Shown: one piece after another, positions 24,112-32,445 of the stretch | Position numbering within the stretch: position 1 is the first letter of the stretch | Layout of the letters: every line of letters starts with the position of its first letter | Origin: Gemmatimonadaceae bacterium | GTDB lineage: Bacteria; Gemmatimonadota; Gemmatimonadetes; Gemmatimonadales; Gemmatimonadaceae | Length of the DNA: 64,000 nt | Direction: 5' to 3' | Assembly: GCA_051859245.1 (NCBI GenBank) | Contig: JBHYGA010000005.1 | Location: forward strand, 448,001-512,000 | Notes under the pieces: generated by a model | Databases searched by the model: none | Told to the model about the DNA's origin: nothing | Seen by the model: the letters and a program-made list of their open reading frames with translations, nothing else | Made by a program: the position numbers and the translations under genes

Positions 24112-24327
24112 TTAGCGCCCCGGCGGAAGCGGCGACATTTCAGCCGCTGCAGACACTGCGGAGCCCCCGATGGGTGCCTCCGAGGCCGTCAGCGTTCCGT
24201 TGTCAATCCACGAGTAACGCTGCGATCCGAGCAGGATGAAGTGAATGATGAACGCCAAAAGGCCAAGGAAGCCAAAGAGCGCTATCATCACGCGTCGCGG
24301 GTCGAATGCCAGCCAAATTCTATGCAT
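24112..24327 (-). CDS. pufA: LH1 alpha polypeptide (C-terminally extended)
   Basis: MHRIWLAFDPRR...IIH(29)FILLGSQRYSW(40): conserved His with Trp at +11. Confidence 0.95.
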   Translation of the reverse strand: MHRIWLAFDPRRVMIALFGFLGLLAFIIHFILLGSQRYSWIDNGTLTASEAPIGGSAVSAAAEMSPLPPGR

Positions 24328-24336
24328 GGCTTCTCC

Positions 24337-24501
24337 CTAGCGGGTGGCTGCTGCCGACGATGAATACTTTGCGATGGTGCTACCCGGATAATCAACAACC
24401 CGGAAGGCAAAGAGGTGAATGACGAGCACGGTGCCGGCGATGAACGAGCCTAGCACTGATAATACGATGTGGGGATCGAGCCCCACCCAGAGGCGATGCA
24501 T
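24337..24501 (-). CDS. pufA: Second antenna alpha polypeptide, LHh (outer ring)-like; missing from the ORF track
   Basis: Translated by hand: MHRLWVGLDPHIVLSVLGSFIAGTVLVIHLFAFRVVDYPGSTIAKYSSSAAATR (54 aa); RBS aaggag upstream. Confidence 0.88.
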   Translation of the reverse strand: MHRLWVGLDPHIVLSVLGSFIAGTVLVIHLFAFRVVDYPGSTIAKYSSSAAATR

Positions 24502-24547
24502 ACAATGCTCCTTTTACAAGCTGAGAAGGGAAGGAAAAGGGCTCAAC

Positions 24548-24685
24548 TCAGAGCCACGGACGCCAGCCCCACGCCAGCAAATGCGCGCCAACTGCGGTCA
24601 GCACGAATGCTGACATTCCCATGATGAAATAGCCGTGGAACGCACGGGCCTCTTCATCATTCATGCCGCCTTTGTTCTCGATCAT
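24548..24685 (-). CDS. pufB: Antenna beta polypeptide; missing from the ORF track
   Basis: Translated by hand: MIENKGGMNDEEARAFHGYFIMGMSAFVLTAVGAHLLAWGWRPWL (45 aa); RBS ggagg. Confidence 0.95.
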   Translation of the reverse strand: MIENKGGMNDEEARAFHGYFIMGMSAFVLTAVGAHLLAWGWRPWL

Positions 24686-24781
24686 CGTTCCTCCCAATTG
24701 GGACGAGACTGCCGCGACATCCCTCGCGGCACGGGTAGGAGCCCCTCGAAGCGGGACCGCCTGTGACCTGTTCCAACAGGC

Positions 24782-24825
24782 TGTAAACTGTGCGTTACAC
24801 TCGAAACCGTCAAGTTTTATTTACG
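24782..24825. promoter_or_regulatory. Tandem PpsR/CrtJ operator over the puf/bchO divergent promoter
   Basis: TGT-N12-ACA at 24782-24799 and variant CGT-N12-ACG at 24808-24825, 8 bp apart; the variant contains a minus-strand TTGACG -35-like hexamer. Confidence 0.7.
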
Positions 24826-24868
24826 CTTTTTCGCAACTTTTCTTCCAAGTGTCACGTTCGACCATCCT

Positions 24869-25774
24869 ATGACCGCAACAATTCCGACTAATTGGCCGAA
24901 TTCGCGCCATAGCAGGCGGCAAATGGCCGGTGGCGTGGACTGGCACGTGCAAATCGCCGGCGAGGTTGACGCGGCTCGGCCGATCGTGCTGCTGCTCCAC
25001 GGCACGGGCGGCAGCACGCATGAGTGGGCCGACGTACTGCCGGAGCTGGCCAAAAGCGCGCTGGTGGTCGCGCCCGACCTGCCCGGACACGGCTTCAGTG
25101 CGATGCTACCGGCGGGCGCGGCGGCCGCAAGCCGTGAGGCCGACACGGCCAATCCCCTGTCACTGCCGGGCATGTCCGCGGCCGTTTCCGCGCTGCTCTC
25201 TTCATTACAGTGCACACCGCACGTCATCGTGGGGCATTCGGCCGGCGCCGCGGTGGCCCTGCGCATGACCATTGACGGTTTGGTGACGCCTCGGGCCATA
25301 GTTGGTCTCAACCCTGCATTGATTCCGCCGCCGGACTTCTGGGTGGACATCCTGGCGCCCTTTACCAGTTTTTTTGTGGAATCGTCCTGGCTGGCCCGCG
25401 GCGCGGCCTGGGTGGCGCAGCAGGGCGGGGTGGCGCATCAGATGCTCGCCTCCAGCGGCGCCACGCTCACCGCCGACCAACTCGCCCGCTACGCCACGCT
25501 CTTCGCCATGCCGTCCCACTGCGCGGCGGCACTCGGCATGATGAACCGCTGGAACCTGCCGCAGCTCGGGCGGGACGCGGTGTCGCTTGCAGTGCCGTTC
25601 ACGGCGTACGCGGGGGATAACGACAAGTGGGTGCCCACCGAGGCGCTGGCGCGGCAGCTCGAGCGGATACCGACGGCCGAGTTGGTGAGGGTGCCGGGGG
25701 CGGGGCATCTGCTGCCCGAGGAGCGGCCGGCGCTTGTTATAGATGCAGTGCGGCGGGTGCTCGGTGCGGGGTGA
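24869..25774 (+). CDS. bchO: Alpha/beta hydrolase, magnesium chelatase accessory protein BchO
   Basis: WPNSRHSR, WHVQ, LLHGTGGSTH, PDLPGHGFS, GHSAGA nucleophile elbow; photosynthesis cluster context. Confidence 0.85.
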   Translation: MTATIPTNWPNSRHSRRQMAGGVDWHVQIAGEVDAARPIVLLLHGTGGSTHEWADVLPELAKSALVVAPDLPGHGFSAMLPAGAAAASREADTANPLSLPGMSAAVSALLSSLQCTPHVIVGHSAGAAVALRMTIDGLVTPRAIVGLNPALIPPPDFWVDILAPFTSFFVESSWLARGAAWVAQQGGVAHQMLASSGATLTADQLARYATLFAMPSHCAAALGMMNRWNLPQLGRDAVSLAVPFTAYAGDNDKWVPTEALARQLERIPTAELVRVPGAGHLLPEERPALVIDAVRRVLGAG

Positions 25775-25792
25775 CGGTCTAGGGCTGACTGC

Positions 25793-25863
25793 AACTGCTT
25801 TCACCACGGAGTCGCGAATGCGCGCGGTACTCCGTGCCTCCGCGACTCCTGGTAAATGCAGTT
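25793..25863. repeat. Imperfect palindrome (REP-like)
   Basis: aactgctttcaccacggagtcgcg ... cgcgactcctggtaaatgcagtt. Confidence 0.7.
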
Positions 25864-25894
25864 CACGGAACCGCGAGTTCGCTGCGGCGTGCGG

Positions 25895-26063
25895 GATCGG
25901 AACAGCATTTGACACAGAGACGCAGAGGCGCAGAGACCGCATGCGACGTCAGGCGACGACTTCGCACTGCGGCGTTGCACTTTTTTTGAGTGTGTTGGGC
26001 CGCGATTCCGCGTGAACAGGCAGCCTCTGCGACTCTGCGACTCTGCGTTATGCAGTTCCGATC
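25895..26063. repeat. Palindromic element whose arms are built from 8-nt tandem units
   Basis: Left arm gatcggaacagcatttg-acacagag-acgcagag-gcgcagag; right arm ctctgcga-ctctgcga-ctctgcgt-tatgcagttccgatc. Confidence 0.75.
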
Positions 26064-26093
26064 TCTGTCGGCCGCCGGCGATACGCACCGCTG

Positions 26094-27626
26094 TTACCGA
26101 AACAGCTCCGTCGCCAGGCGAGCGTCATGCCCATACACGTCATCACGAAAGTGCAGCTGCCCCGCACGATCCACCCACGACGTGAAGTACTCAATCAGCA
26201 CCGGCCGTGCATCGGTGAGCTGCACCGCCGTTTCGGTGCCACTCAGCATGACCTCACGAATACGTTCCGCCGGCCACGCTGAATCGTTGCGCAGCAAATA
26301 CTCGGCGAGTTTGCGCGGTTCACTGAGCCGGATACAGCCGTGGCTGAACGCACGCTGATCGCGCGCAAAGTTCGCCTGGCTGGGCGTGTCGTGCATGTAA
26401 ATGAGATAACTGTTCGGGAACAGAAATTTCACACGACCTAACGCGTTGTTCGGGCCCGGCATCTGGCGAACCACCGGCAAGGCCTCCGTACCGCCAATGA
26501 TCTCCATGTTGTTCTTGCGGAGATACTCGGGGTCACGCGCAATCGCCGGCAGAATTTCGCGGCTGGTGATGCTCTCCGGCACCGTCCAGGTGGGGCTCAT
26601 CACCACCGTTTTCAGGATCGACGAAAAAATCACCGTGCTGGTGGCTTCGGCGCCGGCCACAACGCGCATGTTCATGACCTCACGGTCATCTTCGAACACG
26701 GTGAGTTTGTAATCCGGAATATTGACCACGAGCGCATTGGGTGCCTGCACCTCGGGCACCCACCGCAGTCGCTCCATATTCACCAGCAATGTGCGCATGC
26801 GTGTCGCGGGCGACACGTTCAACGCGCGAACATATCCCGCACCGATGACGCCGTCGGGATCGAGCCCGTGTCGCGACTGTGTGAGTTGTACCGCGCGCAC
26901 CAACGCACTGTCGTATATGGTCGACGTATCGGTGCCGGTAAGATCACCGAGCAACCGCATGCGTTCGCGAATCGCCGGAATCACGAGTGCGGTATCACCC
27001 GGCTTGATGCTGCGTGTTTTCGCCGGCAGCGCGAGCTCAGGCCATGGCAGCGCCGATATGGGGCGCAGGCGACGCAGTGCATCGCGCAAGAGCGGATACT
27101 GCGGATGGGTGGGTTCGTACGCCGCGAGATCCATCGCCCCCACGGCCAGCGAGTCCATGAACTTCGCAATGTCTTTCTTCGCGCGCGGAATGAACCAGTT
27201 CAGATCACGCGTATTGCCGCGAAAGTTGCCATTGTAGTTGCGTTCGGCGAAGCGGAAGAACTCCGCCGTGAGTCGCAGCTCAACATCTGCGGCGCAGCCG
27301 TCGCACACCACTGCGCCCACGCTGTCAGCGTACGCGGACAGATCGCCGAGCGCGATGAATGCCATGGCATTTTCGCTCAGCGAATCGCGTACATACCACG
27401 CGAACTGCATGTCGCGTCGCGTATAAAAGTCGGCGAGACGCGTGGAATCGGCACGAAAGTCAGGATGGCGCTCAATAAACGTGCGCAGCGATGTGGTATC
27501 GAGCCGTTGCGCGCTGTAGGGCACGTCTGTCTCGAACACCGACGCGATATCGTCCACGTTGGTGGCCGGTGCGGGCTTGTCGCGTGAGCAGCCGGTGATG
27601 ACTAGCGCCGCGAGCACCGCGAACAT
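26094..27626 (-). CDS. L,D-transpeptidase (YcbB-type) lipoprotein with peptidoglycan-binding domain
   Basis: Lipobox ITGC, HGLDPDGVIG, NMERLRW, NALGRVKFLFPN, YMHDTP, SHGCIRL. Confidence 0.92.
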   Translation of the reverse strand: MFAVLAALVITGCSRDKPAPATNVDDIASVFETDVPYSAQRLDTTSLRTFIERHPDFRADSTRLADFYTRRDMQFAWYVRDSLSENAMAFIALGDLSAYADSVGAVVCDGCAADVELRLTAEFFRFAERNYNGNFRGNTRDLNWFIPRAKKDIAKFMDSLAVGAMDLAAYEPTHPQYPLLRDALRRLRPISALPWPELALPAKTRSIKPGDTALVIPAIRERMRLLGDLTGTDTSTIYDSALVRAVQLTQSRHGLDPDGVIGAGYVRALNVSPATRMRTLLVNMERLRWVPEVQAPNALVVNIPDYKLTVFEDDREVMNMRVVAGAEATSTVIFSSILKTVVMSPTWTVPESITSREILPAIARDPEYLRKNNMEIIGGTEALPVVRQMPGPNNALGRVKFLFPNSYLIYMHDTPSQANFARDQRAFSHGCIRLSEPRKLAEYLLRNDSAWPAERIREVMLSGTETAVQLTDARPVLIEYFTSWVDRAGQLHFRDDVYGHDARLATELFR

Positions 27627-28101
27627 GGTGCCGCGCGACGCTCGTACCGTGCTCACCAGTCTCACACGGCGACCTGCGATTCCTCGTGCGTTACGACGCA
27701 TGCACAAACTTCAGGCCGCCATTGGCGAGAGGGGACATCATCCGGTGCCTTGACCGAGGGCTAGTTACGTTTGCAGCATGAGCTCTTCCTCATCCATGCC
27801 GTTTGGTGAACGCGCACGCTGAGTTCTGGTGCCCACGGGTACATAACGACCCACGAGTGCAGGCGATACGGGGAAATGTGATACGCGTTACCGATTGCGA
27901 AGTGAGCCTTTCGCCGGCCGATGATGCGGGGCGTTCGTAACTCGCGTCACCATATCGTATTGCACACAATGAGTAGCTCCCTCGGTCGATAGTAATGCGC
28001 ACGCGGTTCCACCTAGGTTGGCGTGAGAGTATCTGCGCCGACGTTCGTCAGCCCGTCTGCGTGGTGTCATTGGCTGGCCCGACGACTGGAGCACCACCTC
28101 G

Positions 28102-28884
28102 ATGGCGAACGAACGCGAAGTCCTCTTTACCAGAGGCGATCAACTGCTGGTCAGCACGTCACGCCGCTCCTTCCTGCAAGTGCTGGGATTGGGCGGCGTT
28201 GTGGTACTGCTGCCGTCCATGTTTGCCGCGTGCGGAGACGACGGGGAAGACATCACGAATCCTCCCACCACATCACCGTATCGTCTGGATCTCTCCACCG
28301 ACACGGGCATTCTGAACTACGCGTACGCGCTCGAGCAGCTCGAAGCGGCGTACTATACGAGTGCAATTACGTCAGCCGGCTTTGCGGCGCTCTCAGTCGC
28401 CGAGCAGGAAGTGTTGAGCGATTTGCAAAAGCACGAGGTGATTCACCGCGAGTTTCTCAAACAAGTGCTCGGCTCGGCGGCGATTCCAAACATTGTCTTC
28501 AACACCACAACGGTTGGCACGCTCACCGCGAGCCGTGCGGTGCTGCTCAGTACCTCGCAGTTGCTGGAAGACACGGGCGTGGCCGCGTACAACGGCGCCG
28601 GCAAGTATCTCACCAGCGCGGCGAATCTGCTGGTGGCGGGAAAGATCGTGTCAGTGGAAGCGCGACACTCAGCGGCCATTCGCGATATCCGCGATGGCAA
28701 CAACGGCCGCCTGTTCGCGGGCGATGATGTGGTGAATGCGAGTGGTCTTGATGTAAAGGCCGAGCCCGATACGACGCTGACGGCTGTGGGTGGTCTCAAT
28801 GTGGTGACGAGCGCGCTGTCGATCGGCACGCTTCCGAATCAGAGCCGTCGCACGCCCGATCAGACCGCACCCACGCCCACGTGA
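28102..28884 (+). CDS. Tat-exported ferritin-like (di-iron) lipoprotein
   Basis: SRRSFL Tat signal, FAAC lipobox, LNYAYALEQLE, HEVIH, LEDTGVAAYNG, VEARH. Confidence 0.88.
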   Translation: MANEREVLFTRGDQLLVSTSRRSFLQVLGLGGVVVLLPSMFAACGDDGEDITNPPTTSPYRLDLSTDTGILNYAYALEQLEAAYYTSAITSAGFAALSVAEQEVLSDLQKHEVIHREFLKQVLGSAAIPNIVFNTTTVGTLTASRAVLLSTSQLLEDTGVAAYNGAGKYLTSAANLLVAGKIVSVEARHSAAIRDIRDGNNGRLFAGDDVVNASGLDVKAEPDTTLTAVGGLNVVTSALSIGTLPNQSRRTPDQTAPTPT

Positions 28885-29888
28885 ACATCGTCACCGACCA
28901 GGAGATATTCCGCATGACCACAAACACCACGATTCTCGACGGCGTCGATCCAGAGATCGCGTCTGACGTTGCTGTTCGCGCCGATGAAGTTGCACGCGGC
29001 GCGTCCACGTCCTCTGCATTGACCGCCGCACTCGCGCTCGGATCGATTCCGGTGGCGATGGCCGCGTTGAGTCGCGATGTATACGCGCAGGGCACATTGC
29101 CCGCGAACATCAAAGGCGTGCTCGATTTTGCATTGGCGCTGGAGATCTTTGAAAACGAGTTCTACAAGGCGGTGCTTGGTACGAGTGCGGTCGCGGCGTT
29201 GAACACCGCGTTCGCGCCGGTTCGTGCACTCGCGGCCGCTGTTCCCGGTGCCGTGGCAACGCTGCAGCAGATTCAGAAGCACGAAGCCGCCCACGTGGCC
29301 ACCTTGCTCGCGACCGGTGCGACCAACGTGTTCAACTTGACGGCGGCGAGCTTTGATTTCACGGGCAATCGCAGCGCCACTGGTGGTGGCCCGTTTGCCG
29401 AGGCGACCACCAATCTGGCGTTCCTGCTGCAGGTCGCGCAGGGAGTGGAAGACACCGGCGTTCGTGCGTACAAGGGGCAGGCGGCGAACTTGATGTCGAA
29501 CTCCGCGATCCTCGAAGCAGCGCTGCGCATTCACTCTGTGGAAGCACGACATGCGGCGCGCATTCGGCGCATGCGTCGTGCCGCGGCTGGTGCGCCAAAC
29601 GATGTTCGTTGGAGCGGCACTGTACGCGGTGGCGAACGTGCGGCCGCTGGTGGCACAACACTCGGCACGCTGAATCCTACGGTTGTGGGTCAGGCGTTTG
29701 ACAAAATGTACGGTGCCGGTGCAAGTGCGCCGTCGGAGTCAAACATCATTCATGCCGGCGTAAACGTGAGCGCACTGGCAGGTGCGACCTTTGGTGCAGA
29801 AGCGGCGCAGGAAGCGTTTGACGAACCGTTGGATCGTGCCGATGTGGTGGCCATCGTGCAGCCGTTCTTTATCCCAACGATCAGCTGA
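28881..29888 (+). CDS. Ferritin-like domain protein (partner of upstream gene)
   Basis: LDFALALE, HEAAH, EDTGVRAYKGQA, HSVEARHAA, EAFDEPL; GTGA overlap (alternative ATG at 28914). Confidence 0.88.
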   Translation: MNIVTDQEIFRMTTNTTILDGVDPEIASDVAVRADEVARGASTSSALTAALALGSIPVAMAALSRDVYAQGTLPANIKGVLDFALALEIFENEFYKAVLGTSAVAALNTAFAPVRALAAAVPGAVATLQQIQKHEAAHVATLLATGATNVFNLTAASFDFTGNRSATGGGPFAEATTNLAFLLQVAQGVEDTGVRAYKGQAANLMSNSAILEAALRIHSVEARHAARIRRMRRAAAGAPNDVRWSGTVRGGERAAAGGTTLGTLNPTVVGQAFDKMYGAGASAPSESNIIHAGVNVSALAGATFGAEAAQEAFDEPLDRADVVAIVQPFFIPTIS

Positions 29889-29912
29889 TCACGCGGTAAC
29901 GGATGCACACAC

Positions 29913-29948
29913 AAACGGGGATGACATCACATGGTGTCATCCCCGTTT
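29913..29948. terminator. Bidirectional intrinsic terminator
   Basis: aaacggggatgaca...tgtcatccccgttt between convergent genes. Confidence 0.85.
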
Positions 29949-29967
29949 GCTGATCGTCTCCCGTTCT

Positions 29968-30771
29968 CTAGGGCACGTTCATGGTCTGCAGTTCCATCGT
30001 CAGCGTGGCCACGCTCACCTTGGCACGTACGCGCAGCGGGATGTGTCGCGGGTCATCGGAAAACCATACCTCCGCGTCGCCGCCCTCGCTGAACAGCCCC
30101 TTGGTACGAATGATCGGCTTCACCACGACCGCATTAAAGCTGCCCGCCGGCACCGTGATGCGTTCGGTGCGCAGTACACGCACCGACACGGGATTGCCGT
30201 CGGCCTTGAAGTAACGCGAGGCGGTGTACACGTCACCCACCTTGAGTGGCAACGTGCGAATGAAATAAATGAACGACACGTCGTCGAGCGGAATGTTCGA
30301 CGCGAGCGTGCCGCTGTCGGCGGGATTGGCAATGTTCACGTACTGCATCTGCTCTGGCAGAAAGTCGTACGTTTTGTCGCGCTCGTATCCGGTCTGATCC
30401 AGCTTCTGTTCAAAACGTCGTGCAAAACCTGCGCGCGTGTCGAGCCAGGAGCGCTGCACATCGTTAATGCCAAACACCGCTACGCTGCCACGCGTGCGAA
30501 ACGCGAGCTTGAGCGTTTGATGTCCGTGCACGCGCTCGAGCGCTTCCACGGCGAGTGACGCGTTGCCACTGCCGCTGATGAACCCCCACTTCACCTGCAG
30601 GCGAAAATCAAACTTTTCGCCGACCTTGAAGGGAAGGGTGTTGGTGTCCGTGAGTGCGTTCGTGGCGTTCGCCGGTGAGATGGCGTTCTGCGACGCCGCA
30701 AGGTTCGGCGACAGCAGCAGCGAGGCGAGTATCGTGGTGCCCACGGCGGCGTGGACAGTCAGTTTGCGCAT
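29968..30771 (-). CDS. DUF3108-like exported protein
   Basis: Signal peptide, LPFKVGEK, DDVSFIYFIRTLPL, ERITVPAGSF, VWFSDDPRHIPLR. Confidence 0.8.
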   Translation of the reverse strand: MRKLTVHAAVGTTILASLLLSPNLAASQNAISPANATNALTDTNTLPFKVGEKFDFRLQVKWGFISGSGNASLAVEALERVHGHQTLKLAFRTRGSVAVFGINDVQRSWLDTRAGFARRFEQKLDQTGYERDKTYDFLPEQMQYVNIANPADSGTLASNIPLDDVSFIYFIRTLPLKVGDVYTASRYFKADGNPVSVRVLRTERITVPAGSFNAVVVKPIIRTKGLFSEGGDAEVWFSDDPRHIPLRVRAKVSVATLTMELQTMNVP

Positions 30772-30828
30772 ACCGAAAAGTAAAGGAGTGTCGCCCAAGT
30801 TGTGTGTCGCGCTTGATCCCTTTTGGTC

Positions 30829-30867
30829 GGGTTGTCACTTGACAACCCAACTTCTCGCAATGATACT
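30829..30867 (+). promoter_or_regulatory. Sigma70 promoter with overlapping palindromic operator
   Basis: TTGACA (30839-44), 17 bp spacer, GATACT (30862-67); palindrome gggttgtca-ct-tgacaaccc at 30829-30848. Confidence 0.7.
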
Positions 30868-30891
30868 AAAGCTGCGTCATGGGTCGTCGAT

Positions 30892-31002
30892 CGCATCTGC
30901 ATTGCCAGTATCTGGAGTACCCCGCGAAATGCGAAAAATCACGCGCGCCAGTTGCGGCGTGTCGTCGACAACTGTGTGTTGAAGAATGATTCGCGAACGT
31001 GA
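30892..31002 (+). pseudogene. C-terminal stump of a HicA-like toxin
   Basis: RICIASIWSTPRNAKNHARQLRRVVDNC..*, with no in-frame start between the promoter and the stump; directly precedes an HTH antitoxin-like gene. Confidence 0.6.
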
Positions 31003-31022
31003 TGCCCAGGAACGGTGCGACC

Positions 31023-31532
31023 ATGGAGTACACATTCACACTCATCTACCAGCTGGGCAACGCGTTCGTCGATCCTGACGCGCTGGTAGAACAGCTCGGC
31101 AGCGCTGGCTGCGATGATGCGCTCGTTGGCCTGGGCCAACCCGGGCGTGTTTCGCTGGAGTTTATCCGCGACGCGCCCAACGCGCAGGCCGCCATCAAGA
31201 GTGCTATTGCCGACGTAAAGCGTGCCTTGCCCGATGCTGCACTGATTGAGGCGGCGCCTGATCTCGTTGGCATCACCGACGTTGCACAAATCACCGGCGT
31301 GACGCGTCAGAATATTCGGAAGCTGATGCTCACACATGCTGGAACGTTGCCGGCGCCCATACACGCGGGCACGCTGTCGCTCTGGCACCTCTCCGACGTG
31401 TTGACCTGGCTCGGAGAGCATGTGGGATACAAGTTCCCGAGCACGACGTTAGAAGTCGCGCGTGCAGCGGAGCGTGTGAATGTCACGAAAGAAGCACTGC
31501 GAATCGGGCGGCGCCCCGTATCCCGCGCTTAG
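31023..31532 (+). CDS. HTH DNA-binding protein, putative antitoxin
   Basis: MEYTFTL...GCDDALVGLGQPGR...PDLVGITDVAQITGVTRQNIRKL...LWHLSDVL. Confidence 0.8.
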   Translation: MEYTFTLIYQLGNAFVDPDALVEQLGSAGCDDALVGLGQPGRVSLEFIRDAPNAQAAIKSAIADVKRALPDAALIEAAPDLVGITDVAQITGVTRQNIRKLMLTHAGTLPAPIHAGTLSLWHLSDVLTWLGEHVGYKFPSTTLEVARAAERVNVTKEALRIGRRPVSRA

Positions 31533-31591
31533 ACTTTGCCGAGACGTGCGGGTGCTACCATTCGCGACGCACAGTACCGTCACTACGCGTA

Positions 31592-32242
31592 CTACGCATG
31601 CACAAACAACAGTCCACCATTCGCAAGTGCGGAGATCATGCGCGTCATCTCGCCACGGGGGACAGCAGGGCAGCCCCAGCTGCGTCCGAGCCGGCCGGTT
31701 TGTGCAATGAACTGCTCGCTCACGTAGTCGGCGCCGTGAATGATCACTTCCCGCGCGCGGGCTTGATCATTCACACCCGCGTCCAGTCCCTGCAGCAGAA
31801 GCGCCGCGCCGTGCTTGGGGCTCGTGATGCGCTCGCCCACACGGTACAGGCCGAGACTGGTTTGATGCGAGTCGTGTCTGTTGCTGAACTTCTCGGCCAT
31901 CAGGCCGCCCGAACCCTGACCGTGCGCCACCCACGTGTGAAGCACCACTTGCTGCGACGCCAGGTCGATCACCACTAACCGCTTGGCCGTGCTGGGCTGA
32001 CTCATGTCGGCGATCGCCAGCGTGCCGGTCGTCACGTTGAGTCCGTGATCCTCAATGCGCTCGTACGCCGCTTCGAGCACCTCCAGTTTGATAATGCCGG
32101 AGAGTTTGGCTCGTTCGTACAACCCGTTAGCCGGACTGGCCACGATCGAGGCCGGTACACTCAGCGCCGCGGTATTCGCGGGCGCACTTTCGGCTGTGGG
32201 CACCACCATGAACAACAACAAGACGACCAGCGCTGCGAGCAT
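31592..32242 (-). CDS. Murein L,D-transpeptidase catalytic-domain protein (YkuD_2-like)
   Basis: VAHGQGSG, FSNRHDSHQTSLG, IIHGADYV, GRSWGCPAV. Confidence 0.9.
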   Translation of the reverse strand: MLAALVVLLLFMVVPTAESAPANTAALSVPASIVASPANGLYERAKLSGIIKLEVLEAAYERIEDHGLNVTTGTLAIADMSQPSTAKRLVVIDLASQQVVLHTWVAHGQGSGGLMAEKFSNRHDSHQTSLGLYRVGERITSPKHGAALLLQGLDAGVNDQARAREVIIHGADYVSEQFIAQTGRLGRSWGCPAVPRGEMTRMISALANGGLLFVHA

Positions 32243-32445
32243 AGGCGCTCCGTGCGGAGCCGCGACGTGCGTCTCCGAAAATCGTGTGGATTGACTGTGT
32301 GTGCGGCGGTCACGGGCGCGAGACGGCGGCCTCAGCAGTCAGCAGCGGGCTCCGGCGCCCTCTGGTAGATAACGACTCAGGGGGGCGGGCGATACCCGGG
32401 GGTGTGACGGGGGTCGCCAAGGGTGAACGCGCAGTATCTTGACCA

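Noticed and set aside
13724..26063. CRISPR array interpretation of the repeats
   Set aside because: They are inverted repeats or short tandem units with no regular repeat-spacer pattern; no cas genes.
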